This document shows, in pieces, positions 10,700 to 25,005 of a stretch of 64,000 nt of DNA. How positions within the stretch are numbered: position 1 is the stretch's first letter; each line of letters begins with the position of its first letter. A program made the position numbers and the translations under genes. This DNA is from the human T2T-CHM13v2.0 reference genome, Homo sapiens. The notes beneath the pieces are model-generated. The model was given only the letters and a program-made list of their open reading frames with translations. It was not told where the DNA came from and searched no databases. Location of the stretch: assembly GCF_009914755.1 (NCBI RefSeq), contig NC_060938.1, one strand, 5' to 3'.

Positions 10700-13600
10700 G
10701 TTTAAAAAATATTTTTTATATTGTGGCAAAGTATACATAAAATTAACCATTTTAGCTATTTTAAGTGTGCAGCTCAGAAAAATTAACTACACTCACATTG
10801 TTTTGCAACTATTATTCCCATTCATAGGGACCTTCTTTCAACTTCCAAAACCAAAATTTAATGCACATTAAATAACAGCTCCCTGTTACTCCCCCTCCAG
10901 CTCCTAGGAACCACTCTTCTACTTGGATTTCTAGAATTTAACTACTCTAAGTATCTCATAAGTGGAATGATACAGTATTTGTCCTTTTATGACTGGCTCA
11001 TGTCACTTTGCACAATGTCCTTAAGGTTCATGCATAACGTACCATGTGTCAGAATTTTCTTATTTTACATAACTGAATAACGTTCCAATGTATGTATAAA
11101 TCACATTTTATCTATTTATTCATTGATGATAATTCAAACAACACGGGTAATTCACAAACCTTTTGGGTGATGTGAGTAATGCTGCCATGAGCCTAGGTGT
11201 ACGTGTATTATTTTGTGTCTCTGCTTTCACATCTTTTGCTATATACCCAGATGTGAAATTGTGGGATCATATGGTGACTTTAGGTGTACATTTTTTAGTT
11301 ATTATACTGTTATTTTATAGCAGCTGCAGCATTTTACATTTCCAACAACAGTGTACAAGGGTTCTAATTGCTCCACGTCCTCACCAACACTTGTGATTTT
11401 CTGTTTTGTTTTGTTTCTTTTGGTAGTAACTATGCTGACGTGTATTAAGTGATATATCATTTGGAGTTATATTTGCATTTTACTAATGATTAGTTTTGTT
11501 GAGCACCTTTTCATGGACTTATTAGCCATTTCACATAATTTTTAAAGAAATGTCTAAGTATTTTGCCCATATTTTAAACAAGTATTTTGTTTTATTATTG
11601 CTGAATTGTTCTTTGTATATTCTGGATAGAGTCCTCTTTATTTTTCTTTTGTTTCTTGCATTTTTTGTGTCCTGTTAAAAAAAATCACTGCGAAATCCAG
11701 CGTTATGACATGTTTTACCTACATTTTATACTAAGAATTTTGTAGTTTTAGCTCTTACATTTAGGTTTTTGTCGAGTTAGTTAATTTTTTCTTATGGTAT
11801 AAGTTAAGGGAACAGTTTCACTCTTTTACATGTAGGTACCCAATTTCCCCAGCACTAACTGTTGTAAAGGCAGTTCATTTCCCATAAAAATCATTTGACC
11901 ATATATATGAGGGTTTATTTATATTGGCTTTCTATATTACTCCATTAGTCTATTTGTAGCATGCTATTTTGGAATTTTGTAGTAAGTTTTGAAATCATTA
12001 AGTGTGACTTCTCTAACTTTGGTATTTTTTTTTCAAAATTATTTTTGCAATTTAGGGTCCCTTGAGATTCCTCATAAACTTAAAAATTGATTTTTTAATA
12101 TCTACACAAAATAATTGGCATTTTGCTTCTTGGTTACTTCCTAATTTTATTCTTTTGATGCTATTGTAAATTGAGTTGTTTTCATAATTTTCTTCTCAGA
12201 TCATTCGTATTACTACATAAAATACAGTTTATTTTTCTATGTTGATTTTGTATGCTACTACTCTGCTGAATTTATTAATTTTAATATTTTTTGTGTGGAA
12301 TCTTTAAGATTTTCTACATAAAAGAATATATTTTCTGTACACACTTTGATGAAGTTTATTTCATTGTCTTTTTTAATTTCTCTGAATGAAACTTCTAATA
12401 CAGTGTTGAATAAAAGTGGCTGGCAAGAGCAGACATTCTGTCTTCTGAGCTTAGACGAAATAATTTTGGTCTTTTCCTCTAGAACATGTAGTTTGCTGTG
12501 GGTTTTTATACGTGAATTTTACAAAGATGGTTTTCTTTTATTCGTAATTTATTGTTTTTATTATAAAATATTTTGAATTTTGTAAAATACATTTTCTGTA
12601 TTAATGAGATAATGTTTTCTAAAAATTTTGTTAATGTGTCATATGCATTGATTATTTTTCATATGCTAAAACTTTTGTTAAGAAAGGCTAGCTAAGTGAA
12701 CCAGTGAGACTGGAAAAAGAATAAAGAAATCTATTCTGGTTGTGATCAATTAGTTGTAAACACCATTGCACTGAAACCAGCCATACGCTAAATCTTCCTT
12801 ACATTCCAGTAATAAATTCCCCTTGGTCATGGGGTGTAATCTTGCTAGTATGCTGCTGAATGTGGTTAGCTAGGATGTTGCTGAGTAGTTTTGCATCCGT
12901 GTTCATAAGGGATATTAGTCTATGGGTTTTTGTAGTCTCTTTGTCTGGCTTTGGTATGAGCTAATGCTGGCATCATGGAATAAGTTTGGAACTGCTCTCT
13001 TCAGGCTTTTGGTAGATTTTGGAAAGGATTTTTGTTCTATAAATGCTTGATCTACATCACCAGTGAAGCCAACAAAACAAGGGCTTTTCTTCATGAGAGG
13101 TTTTTAATTACTGATTCCATTTCCTTAGTAGTTTTCTATCTATTCAGATTTTGTATTTCTTTGTAATCAAGTCTTGCATAAGTAGGAATCTGCCCACTTT
13201 ATCTAGGTTTTCCAATTTATCATCCTATCATAGTTCACAGTACACTTTTTTAAACATTTTATTTCTTTGAATTAGTAGTAATGTCCCACTTTCATTACTC
13301 ATTTTAGTATGTGAATATGCTGTTAATTTTTCGTGTGTGTAGCTGAAGTTTTGCCAATTGTTAATTTTTTGAAGAACTGAGAGTGAACTTTTGGTTTTTT
13401 GGAATTCTGTTGTTTGTGTAATCTCTATTGCATTTATCTCTGCTAAAATCTTCAATACTTTCTTCTTTCTCTTTGCTTTGCATCTAATTTGGTGTTATTT
13501 TTCTAATTTACTAGGTGATAAAGTTATTATTTATTTGAAATCTTTGCTCTTTTTAAATGTATCTTAGCTGCAAACTTTTCATCTTAACACTGTTTTTGCT

Positions 13601-14230
13601 GTTTCCCATAACTTTTGATATGTTTTGTTTTCATTTTTCTTCCTCTGTATGTTCCTACTTCTTCCGTGATTTCTTCCTTTACTTAATTTATACAATTTTG
13701 TAATTCCTTAAGTTGTAATTGTGTAGTTGTTTAATTTATACAATTTTGTAAACTTTCTAGCATTTCATCTGTTATTGATTTAATTTGAGATCTACTATAC
13801 AGCCCATCCTGGAGAATTCCCCATGTGCATTTGAGAAGAGTGTGTACTCTGTTTTGTTGGATGGAGTATATTGTATATATCTGTTAGATCAATTTAGTTC
13901 ATTGAGTTAGTCAAGTCCTCTATTTCCTAATTTGTCATTCATCTCATTTTTCTATTCATTACTCAGAGTGGAGTATTAACATCTTCAACTATTATTTTAG
14001 AACTGTCTATTTGTCCCTTTAATTCTGTCAACTTAGTCTTTCTATATCTAAATGTTTTATTATTAGGTATGTAAGTGTTTAAACTATTTCTATCTTCTTG
14101 CCAAATGCACGTTCTATGATTATATAATGTCTTATTGTCTCTTGTAACTTTTTAAGTCTATTTTGTCTGCTATTAATATAGTCATCCCCAGTCTCTTTTT
14201 CCTACTATTGGTATAAAATAATTATTTTCT
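10700..14230 (-). mobile_element. Old L1 (L1MB/L1MC-like) 3' UTR and ORF2 fragments
   Basis: Antisense L1M 3' end motifs. ORF 13228-13455 resembles L1 ORF2 (KILAEINAIE). Confidence 0.8.
12683..12782 (-). pseudogene. Y3 RNA (RNY3) retropseudogene
   Basis: Reverse complement GGCTGGTTTCAGTGCAATGGTGTTTACAACTAATTGATCACAACCAG...TTCACTTAGCTAGCCTTT matches hY3 along its full length. Flanked by imperfect direct repeats. Confidence 0.93.
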
Positions 14231-14769
14231 TCCCTTTTTTATAACCCTGAATTGCTGTGGAAAGCTAACAGTAGCATTACTTAATTTAAAAAGCACAGAA
14301 ATCTTAAATCAATAGCTTAATGTTTGTAAAAGCATTTAAATGGAAATAAGCTACCAGTTCACCAGGAACAAAGGATATCAGTTGGGTCTAAGAATAATCA
14401 TGCCAAAAAGCTCTAGGAGGAAAAGCTCCTGGGAATTAGGACTGTGATAATGGTCTTTGAGATCAACAAAGAAATGGGGAAATGGGGATGCTCAGGGTCA
14501 GGTACATGCTTAGCAAAAGACCCAGAAAACCCTAAGCTGTCACCTGTGTACTTTAAACTCTGCACAAGTAGAAAATAGAGGCACAAGGAGAGTTGTAACT
14601 TTATGCTGATTAGTAAAGGCATGCTCCAACACACATACATAGATCCCAGGTGAAAAAAAATCAGATATTTATTTTTAGTGAAGGTTAAAAAATCTGGAGT
14701 CTTACTTTCCAATTAAGGATTAGTGAAAATATTTGGGGAGATTTGCATTGATCAGTTCATCCTGAGGTC

Positions 14770-15200
14770 AAGAAAATCTTGATTTTAAAATTTGGAGCCT
14801 CCAGTAAAGGATTAGCTTCCACCTAGAGGTGTTCTTTGGCCTTTTGGACTCAGAGCTATCTTGACACTACTACTGGTTACACTGATTTGAAAGTCAGCTA
14901 AGAGCTTGCTACAGAACTCCTGACAAACTAAGTTTGACCTATAGAGGGCTAGGGCATCCCCAGCTGGTTGAAATTTTGTGCCTCCTTCTATCCTCTGAAG
15001 CAAAGCTGCTGTCTCTGTGGGGCCCCCAATTTACTGAGTGTTTCCTATATGACTGGTCCTGGTTCATAGATGAGTCAGGGAAGGTGAAACCTCATGATGT
15101 CCACTGGGCCGCTGTGGCTGTTTAACCTGTGCCAGCCATACAGAACCTGACATGAGTGGTTGCTCCTCTCAAAGGTCAGAACTCAGGGTTTGGGATAATG
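14770..15200 (+). mobile_element. Ancient ERVL/class III pol (RT connection and RNase H) remnant
   Basis: LAFWT...FESQLRACY and WFIDESGK...WAAVAV resemble ERVL PLGFWS..FERQLLACY and WFTDGS..WTAAA. The element probably extends beyond these bounds. Confidence 0.6.
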
Positions 15201-17458
15201 GCACATATTCTATCTGTTTGGTTATCTACAATGGAAAGTGTAGACTGTCTGAATATCGTTTGGGCTGCAAACCGGAAACAACCCCAGATGCTGATCTAAC
15301 TGGGTCACTCATCTAGAAGTCCATGGTAAGTGTTTTCCAGAGAGTGACCACAATCAAGCTGCAGATTGAACCTAAATCTGTGTCCAACCCAGAGTCTAAT
15401 ACTGCAAACCAGACTTGGGGTTGCTGGTGAAAGTTGACCTATCTGTCTCATGGTTGAAGAATTCCTAGACCATACCTAGCAGAGTAACCAGAAGTGGACT
15501 TTTAGCCCACTTCTTGAGATATCAGTCACCACTGTTGACTTCTTCAGCATAACAGTCATCTGACTCCAGCCATACCATGTGTCCCTTGAAGCTAATCTGT
15601 GCCACCTTTTAGGCTTTTGAGGCCAATTGAGCTCTGACTTCGTGGCATTTTTCACCACACCGACTAAAATGGGCCAACTCTACGATGTTCCCTCCTTTTC
15701 CACACATGTTGGTTAGATAATTCGTTGATTAGGTATGCTTTTCTCTGAAAGGGGATTATCTCTTCCAGATTGCCTCCAAGATAAGGATGAAATGTTTGGG
15801 GGATCTAGGAATCTATTTCACAAATTTGGAATTTCGTGCTAATAATTCCTGGGTGAAATGTCTTTCTTTCCCATACCTGCAATTCTAGACCAGCCTGGCT
15901 TTTGTATCCTCTGAGTTGCATCCCAGCCTAGCAGCAGTTATGGGACTCCAACTTAGTTCTGGTTAAGTTTTATGTAAATATTCTTGTATCTGTTTTACCT
16001 GGCTCTACTACACAAAATGTCTAGAAAAAAGTAAAGGGCGACTAGAATAAAGGTGAGATTATAGATATCGGAATGAGACACACTGATTCTGTGGAGATAG
16101 AGGGAGAACAACAACCTGGAACGTGGGAAATGAACAACTTAGACCTCGGAAGCTACGGGGAATGGTGGGACATTAACAACTTTTTTTCTTTCTGAATAAC
16201 CCCTGGTGCAGCCCACAAAAGAGTCTGGAAATACTATTAGAACAGACGGTAAGACAGAGTCTGTGGATTCAGCTCCTTTTGGTCTCCACGTTACTCTTAA
16301 GAATCCTTTGAGACTATTCTATCTCTCTGTGATGTAGGCATGGAACTCTAGTGGGCAGTGTGCACTCTCGGTGCCCATGGTTCAACGCCACAGTTTTTCA
16401 GATGATGGACAACCATTGCTTTTTCCTGAAGAGACTTAGTACCCTGTGGCTGAGCTTAAGCGGGACTCTAGGAATTACTGATTGCATTTTCTTCTTCTTC
16501 TGTGAACTGCGATTTCTCCTTCTGTTTTTCTACTACCTAGAGATTAATCTGTATTTGTCAATATTTAGGTAAATCAGAGACATAAAGCAGATAAGGAACC
16601 CTAGACACAGCTTCTAGCATAGCTGGACTCTTGCCTGTTTCTCTTCCCACTTTATGAGATCAATTATATTGGCACAGAGAGATAGCCTTAGATGGGTCTC
16701 TCAGGATCAATTAGAGAAGCATACTTCTAGAGAAGCTGGTAGAACAGGGCAGGAGGGCCAGTGAGGATCAAAGCTTCTATCCAAATGTTTTAGCCTAGCT
16801 GTGTGTGGCAGACGAATCCAGGAAAGCTCCCAGATCCCTGGAAGGGATTATTAAGAGAGGATCCATTAGATTAGAATGCTAGGTTGGGTGTTCATCTATC
16901 ACCTTCTGAGTCAGATTTCCAGGGTTAAGTCTGTGGTAGGGCTGCAGAGAAATGCTCGCCTGGGAAAGCCTCTGATCAAGTGCAACATAGGTGACTCCCG
17001 CACAGGGAGAAGTCCTCTATTTGAGGAACATCATATGTGTTTGGATGTATCTGTGCTCTTCCTCAGCAGAGGACCATTGACTGAATGACTGTTTGACAAT
17101 TACGCATAAAGAGCCCTATATTATTTTGAATTTAGTAAATATTGGAACAGAAACAAACAATATTATCTACTTTCAAATTGAATAACAGCATGAGCAACTT
17201 CCAGGTAAATGTCACAGGAGGAAACTCTGGGGCCTTGCTCATCACCAGAAACCTTGAAAATCCTGATGCAACCTGTAGGGTTAACCTTATCAACACTTAG
17301 TTTTTTACCATATAGATTTATCTTCATAAAAAATATTTTCTTTGGACCTTTATTTTGTTATATGCCATGAAGAATAAATCATTTATTTCCTTTGCGATAA
17401 GAACATCACATTTTTACACCTCAAGTATTAATGATGCCATCCCCCATGTAGTTTTTGT

Positions 17459-17785
17459 TGCGATGGCCTGAATGTTTATGTCCCTTTGCAAATTCCTATG
17501 TGGATAATTTTAGGCGTGTGGCCTTTGGGGAAGTGGTGAGGCCAAGAGTTCTTCATCTTCATGAATGGAATCAGTGCTCTTTCAAGGGAAGTTGAAGGCA
17601 ATGCCCTTGTCCCGTGTGCAAGATGGTACCATCTATGGGGAACAGGGCTCTCAACATATACTAAATTTTCTGCTGCCTTGATCTTGCACTTTCCAGACTC
17701 CATAACTGTGAAAAATACATTTCTGTTGTTTATCCTTTACCCAGTCTGAGGTATTTTGTTATAGCAGCCTGGATGCACTATGACA
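17459..17785 (+). mobile_element. MaLR solo LTR (MST/MLT1A-like)
   Basis: TG..GGCCTGAATGTTT start and CCCAGTCTGAGGTATTTTGTTATAGCAGCC..GACA end. Confidence 0.85.
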
Positions 17786-18176
17786 CTTTCTTAGGCACTT
17801 TGGTCTATTTCTGAATTTTTAGTTTCAGTGACATATGAGTTTTTAATCAATCAAGATTTTTCACAGAGCTTGCCAGTCTTGTTTTTTGCTTTTTTTTCAG
17901 AGTTTTCTTGTCTATTCTTATGTGTGTTTTCATCTATATAATATTTTATAGTAACGTGTACTTCCAATATTTAATGGTATCTGTATAGGAACAAAATTGA
18001 ATTTATAAATAAACTTAAGGACAATTGATGTTGATAATATTGAGATTTGCTGCCTAAGAATATGATACAAATTGTCTATTTGCTTATGTCTACATTCATA
18101 TATTTCATAAACTTTCTATGTTTTTCTCATATTCTGTACACATTTTTGTAATGTTTATTCCTAGTTTATTTTATTC

Positions 18177-18596
18177 TGCTAAAAAGTAATTTGAGACACA
18201 ATGAAATTGCCAAGTGTCTATTTGAGTAAGAGCAATTGATAAATTATAAAATATCAGACCAAAAGTTATTTAGTGCTTCTCTGACAGAGTAAGAAGCAAG
18301 TATTTATTGAAAAAATGTAGAAACAAAAAAATCATTTGATTGGTGGTAGCACAACTTTTTTATTGTTTTTTGTTCGTCTGTTTATCTTGTTGGACAGTTT
18401 CTATTTATATAAGGATGTTGGCTACTCCTGATTGGTTGAGCTTCATTTCTCTTTTTTAAATAGGCAGCTACAAGAAATATTTAAGTTTTGCTTGTATTTG
18501 CAAATCAAGCAAGGTTGAGATCACTTATGAGACCTAACTAATTTCGTCTGCTCAGAGATTATTGAGACGTGATCTCCATTTTAATTTATTTTAACA
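18177..18596 (-). mobile_element. MER4-group ERV1 LTR (MER92-like)
   Basis: Reverse complement begins TGTTAAAATAAATTAAAATGGAG...CTGAGCAGAC...CTCATAAGTGA. Name is from recall. Confidence 0.55.
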
Positions 18597-20791
18597 AATT
18601 TTCTGTACTTTTAATTCTCATCCAAACTGTAACTTATAAATTATTATTGTTGTACATATATAGGCCCATGTTGTGTATGCTTTGAAGACATGTCCTTCTT
18701 TCAAACTCATTTGTATTATGTTATTATTGAATTTGCCCCATTTATTGGAATTATATAATGCAATCTCCCAACTACAAGAGGTATGAGTTCTGAGGAGATC
18801 ACAGTAAAGATGAGTCAGAAGTGAAAACGGTTCTCCAACTCACACATGCAGTAAAAACAAATTTCACGTGGATATAATGAGTAATTATTTAAAATTTAAA
18901 ATACCCTGAAAACATTAACGTTTATCTCATTACTATGTAATATGGAAATTACAAGACAAAAAAACCCAAAGACTTATTTTTAAAATAGAAATGGAGCTTT
19001 TTATATGATGAAATGGTCCATAATTTAAATGTAAAAAGTGAATAGGAAATACATGAAATAAAATAAAATTATTTGTAAAAGTGACAATGCCCGTATTAGA
19101 TTTAACAATATCTTACAATGAAATAAGTTGAAACCTACAAAATAGAAGAAAGTTTAAAATTAGGCAAATATTATGAGCCAGGTGAAGAATAAATACATAT
19201 ATCAATAAGCATTTAATGTATTTTGTCTTAGATTTTATATGAAATAATAAAAAGTAAGCAAACCAATAGCAAGGTAATTTCACCCTGATTGATTCAAACT
19301 GAAAAAATATTAACATTTCTCCATTGGAAGTTGGATTCATGGATTGGCCTCATGCTGCATTCAAGGCACTTTAGCCAGGACCCAACACTCATTGCCAAGA
19401 GTCATCAGGCTAGAAGTTTGCTTTTAAGATGTTCCCCGGCCTGCGACCAAGACACTTTGTCTTGACTACTTCTTCAACTCTGACATAGGTTTTGCTGATA
19501 TAAATGAAAACCCAGCTCTATACCTACCAAGCATCTACATGGCTAGAGCTGCACATTGAATATTTAGGCACTAGGCAAGAGGTCTTCCCAGGTTTCCAAG
19601 CAGACTTTCTAGAATTTCCCAAAAATACTGACATTGTCTTTTTCAGACCCAATCTCCCAAAGAGAATCAGAGAGATGGTCTGGAAGCCATTTAGAATCTC
19701 CAGCCTCCAATTTAGTAACAATGGACTTGGATACAAAGAGGCAACCTACTGACCTCAAAGACACCAGCCCAGATTCTGGGCATTGAATTCCTGCCTCCCC
19801 ATGAAAGATCTCATCTGAGTCACATCAAAGCCCACACTCTTCTTCAACGTTCACCTTCCAGACACGCTCCAAAACAGCCCCTCAGAATTGTCTTGAGATG
19901 AAACAAAAGGTGATGAAGCTCCAGGTTTGGAATGCCTGCCTCATTCCTCACTCCTGAAAAGTCTACACCTGCTGGTTAGAACTCTCATACCTTAGGGAGC
20001 CCGGGCTCTCAGAGTGCATCCTCTAACAGGACCTCCTGGCCTTTTCCTCCTTGGAGGAGAGTGCCCAAGAATAAGAGGGAATACATGGCCTCCACTCTCA
20101 CTTGACTTGATTGACTGATTAACTGATGTCTGAGGAGGAAACATATGTAGGGAACAGCCTGGGTCTTTTGAATCCCTGTTCCCCAGCTATGATGCCTGTG
20201 CAAATGGAGGGAGAATCCCAAAGTATTGTTGGGAGGTAGACAGACACTGGCTAACACAATTAAGTAAATATAAGGTGACTTGAAGGGAAATTTATCATAT
20301 GTCATATACAAAATTTTAGTTAGTGAACTTTATTTAAAAACAGTCACAATTTGTAAGGGGAGTAAAGTATAATTTTAATGGGGAACTATGAAAATTATCT
20401 GCACTTGCTATGTAAATGATTGAGTTAGGGGTAACAATCTGAAGGTCATGAGCTTGATATCTGCTACTTAATTTCATAAGACATTTACTTGCAAATGGTT
20501 GTCATTTTTGCTCTCACCATATGAAAATTTTTTCTTGCTAAGAGCATTCCTATGAAAGAAAAACTAGAAATTTTGCCAATTTCGGTTATTAAAACAATAA
20601 AACTGGTTTGTTTGTTATTCTTAACCAAATGCTCCTACAGATGGCACATAGTACCCATGCTTTGATTGTTTTTTTCCCACCTTAAGTCAATTGCCTTTCA
20701 TTTTATTCATCAAACTGTTTTTACTGTAGATAGACATTGCAGTTGTCATGTGCCCTATGGATTTGTACTTTATTAGAAATATGAATTCTCA

Positions 20792-20912
20792 GGCCGAGTA
20801 TATTGGCTCACGCCTGTAATCCCAGCACTTTGCGAGGTGGAAGAGAGTGGATCACCTGAGGTCAGGAGTTCAAGAACAGCCTGACCAACATGGTAAAACC
20901 CCATCTCTCTAC
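20792..20912 (+). mobile_element. Alu left arm only
   Basis: GGCTCACGCCTGTAATCCCAGCACTTTG...CCCCATCTCTACTA. Confidence 0.9.
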
Positions 20913-21781
20913 TATTTACAGTTCGCATTGTACCTTGCAATGAATATACATTTTATCCAAAAAGCCTAAAAAATAATGAAATTGGGGGTGGGGGCATGGC
21001 TGGAAGTATAGATAAAACAAAAATGACACATGACTAGCAGCTGTTAAAGCTGGGTGACTGGTCTGTTATACTTTTTTTGTATTGTGTATGTTTTTAGTGA
21101 TCTGTAATAAAACACTTGTACAAAATGACAAAGTTTATCTACACTTAGCTCTTAAGGTCTTGGTTACCTTTGGGAAGGGGAAAGTGTCAGGGGCATGAAC
21201 AAATCTGATTCTTAGATACACAAGTGTATTTATTTAGTAATAATTCATCAAACATTCCCTAAATGCTTTGTGCCTATATTGCTGTATGCATGTTATTTAT
21301 CAATAAAAATGTAAAGAGTGCATGTTTGCATAACAATCCTAAATTAATATTTTAGAATAATAGCAATGTTTTGTTTTGTTTTCAAGTGGGGCGTGTTCAC
21401 TCAGGACATCATCAGGTGTATGTTAATGTTCCAAGTTATTTATTTATGTTTTAACTTTTGGGTGAGCCCCCCTGGGTCTTTTAATTTTTACTTCAACACA
21501 GTAAGTAGCATGGTTTTAACTTTTTGGAATGCAGCTTTGTTTTCATCAAGGTTCTCCCCGAAGAATGATGCTCACCCAGGCCAGGGCACACAGTGACCCG
21601 TGCACAGGATGCACTGAGCACACACGGCACTGGGTGAACCAGGAACAGAAGGAGAAGCCAGCCTGGGTCTGCAAAATATACTTTGCAGGAAAAGCAGGTA
21701 AAATGGAAAGGTCACAATTCAGCAGCAAACGTTTTCACATTCATTGGAGAAATCATTTCTAACAAAAGCTGCTCGTTAAAG

Positions 21782-21960
21782 CCATGGTTTTCTGGCTTGC
21801 CTACACATTGTAATCACCTGCACGACTTTCAACCATATTTTTTTCAGATCCAGCTCCAAGGATTCTGATTTAGTTGTGCGGTTACAACTTGGGTTTAAGG
21901 GATTTTGAAAGTTTTCCTCCCCGCAGGTGATTCTCTTGCGCCAGGGGTAAGAAGCGCTGG
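21782..21960. mobile_element. MER5A-like hAT DNA transposon remnant
   Basis: AATCACCTG...GATTCTGATTTA...CAGGTGATTCT internal palindromic layout. Confidence 0.65.
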
Positions 21961-22147
21961 ATAGGGGTGAGGGATGCTTTAGCTGTGAGAGATAGCCATG
22001 TACGCTTCAGGATTTGCCCCATCGCATATCTGGAGTTCGGGGTCTTAGAAAGCTTTCTTGCCCTGTTAAAAATTAAAGGATGGCTTCAATACATACTTAG
22101 CTGCTTGGCTACATTGCAGAAAAACAAATTGCCTTTCCAGAGATCAG

Positions 22148-22306
22148 TTTTTTGAGACAGGGTTTTGCTCTGTCAGCCAGGCTGGAGTGCAGTTGTGTGA
22201 TCATGGTTCATTGCAGCCTTGACCTCCCAGGCTCAGGTGATCCTCCAGCTCCAGCCTTCTGAGTAGCTGGGACTGAAGTCATGCACCACCAGACCTGGCT
22301 AATTTT

Positions 22307-22347
<41 letters not shown>

Positions 22348-22462
22348 TAGAGATGGCTTTCTCTATGCTGCCTGGGCTGGTCTCAAACTCCTGGTCTCAA
22401 GTGATCCTCCCACCTCAGTCTCCCTAATAGTTCGACCTACAGGCACAGGGAAGCATGCCCGG
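22148..22462 (-). mobile_element. AluJ with a long poly(A) run in the central linker
   Basis: Alu consensus sequence with a T run of ~35 at 22312-22346. Confidence 0.92.
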
Positions 22463-24699
22463 TATATTTATTAAAATGTAGTTACCAGAATATTTAAAAT
22501 TCACTTGTGCCTCTCATATTATTTCTTAGAGAATTGCCTCCCTTTTGAAATCTCAGGCTGCCTGCTCTAAAACCTGGATGTGCCAGGAAAGTAAAACATC
22601 TGAAATTTTAAAACAATTGTCATTATATTGATTCCATATATGAATAACACATATATATTATTCATTAATACAAATAATCTTACATACAAATGTAAATGCA
22701 AATATTTTACAGGCAGGGCCAGTTTCTAGTTCACAGAGGAAGCCCTGCCAGAAAAGGATCCAGGAAAAACCTATAATTCTTGCTTTATTCAACCCAGTGT
22801 CAAATCACATATGTCACTCATGGTCTGAGGCGGCAGGGTAGGGAATTGAACTACATCCAATCATGGGTCTTGGAGTGGAAACTATCTAATCAGGTGCACA
22901 GCTGGAGAAGAATGGGCAGCTTTTTGGAAGTACGGAGGCCTTGGCCTGTCTCTCCACTCAGAGCTCAGGACACTAGAGCCACCTCAACATAATCACCTGT
23001 TTTTTAGTTATTTTAACACTCCAAAAGGGAACTAGTTTTCTCATGCATTTTCCAAATGTGTGGCAGGCAGAGACTCAAATCTAACTCCCTGTTGCCCCAG
23101 CCTAACTCTGGCTTGCAATCAGATTTTAAATTTCCAGTTCTTTCCTGACACTCACCAACACTAACTAACCTTCCATAATTCACAACATTATCAACTGTTC
23201 TTTATTGTACATTTCAGACACAGTATTTCAATTCTTCTTTTTGTCAAAAAGCAGTGGATGTCATTTAAAAAAATTTTTTCTCATTTGTAAACATTTTACA
23301 GGAGATGAAAGCAGAGAATAATCCCCTGACACCCCACTGTAAAAAAAAATAAATAAAAAGCGGAAAACCTTTGTGCCCCTTTGTTTAAACTTCTCTTGGC
23401 ACAGACACCCCATCAGAAAGCCTTTGGGTTCAGGTTTCATTTTGGAAACTTCACAGGGCAATACATCCTCAGCCATCCTGTTATTTTCTTGGTTTTGAAT
23501 TTCAAAACTGTTTGAGGATTCCCCAAGATGCCAACAGTGGCCATGACTCTTGAAGTGTCTAGTAAATAGCATCCCTTGTGTCATCTCCTCTCAGGGAACA
23601 GCCCAAGGTATGGGAATGCAGCCTCTCTGTGGAGTGGTTGTTTGAGATGTGCCTGGAAGGAATCTCTAGGTATACCCTTGCGCTAAAAGCAAACCCATTA
23701 GGTCATTAAGATTTTCTTACCCCAAAGCTTAGTTTCCATTCCTTAGAGACACATTGCAGGCCAGGCAAATGGATGCTGATATTGAGGAAAAAATGTTCTC
23801 AGATTGGTGAAGGGAGAGAAAATATTTCAAAGGACAAAGAAACCCAACCTAGTGAGGCAGTGCAAAAACCTGCAAAGTAAAATGCACCTCAGGGACACAG
23901 AGGAGCACAGGGTAGCGGCTCCTGGTAGGATGGTCATGACCCACTTCACTGAACCAGATGTGAGTGGGGAAAATATCCCAAGTAATAGAATGGCTTGACT
24001 TGACCCTTGGGTCTGATATGTCTGTGTTTCAATCGGCACTGTCACCTTCTAATTTTGTCACCTTGAAAATGTTTTTGTACTTACTTTAACTTCACTTTTT
24101 AATTAACTGTAAACTATGTTTTATCAGTAGAGCTTGAAAGGCATGAAAATATTTATAAAGCACATTAAGTTGGTGAATTTTGAATAAAATTAAGTAGTAA
24201 TATATTTCACTTGTTAAAAATTGTTACTTGCCTATTTCTTTAGCAGAATGAGTGTCGTACATTTCCCAGGACTGTTTTTTATTTGTCTGAGAGGTGATTT
24301 CAAGCAGAATCTCACGGCTTACTGTTGGGAATGTTACCAGGTGTATTGATAGGGATAGTCTCTCTTCCACTACGGTGGTAGGAAATGAATACATACCTAC
24401 AAGCACGTGAGGTAGATTAATTGTTAAATTACATAAATTTATCACATCAGTTATTCTTTTTTCAAAACAGAGAACTTCTGATAGTGAGTATCTCTGTTCC
24501 ATATGCTGTCATCTGGGTGTTTGAGGGTAACGCTAAGTTTTAGGAGCTGGGACTTGGCACCGCCTGGAAGTGTTCACATATGATTGTTTACTAAATGATT
24601 TGTTATGAACATAATTAAATTACATGTTTATTTTCTGAAAGGGATAGATACTTTGGCTTTTCTTGTTGAGTTATAAAATGTAAGCCCCTTATAACTTTC

Positions 24700-25005
<306 letters not shown>

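Noticed and set aside
21572-21637. Possible pre-miRNA hairpin (TCACCCAG...CTGGGTGA)
   Set aside because: Only 8 bp pair perfectly and the interior pairs poorly, which is expected by chance in 64 kb.
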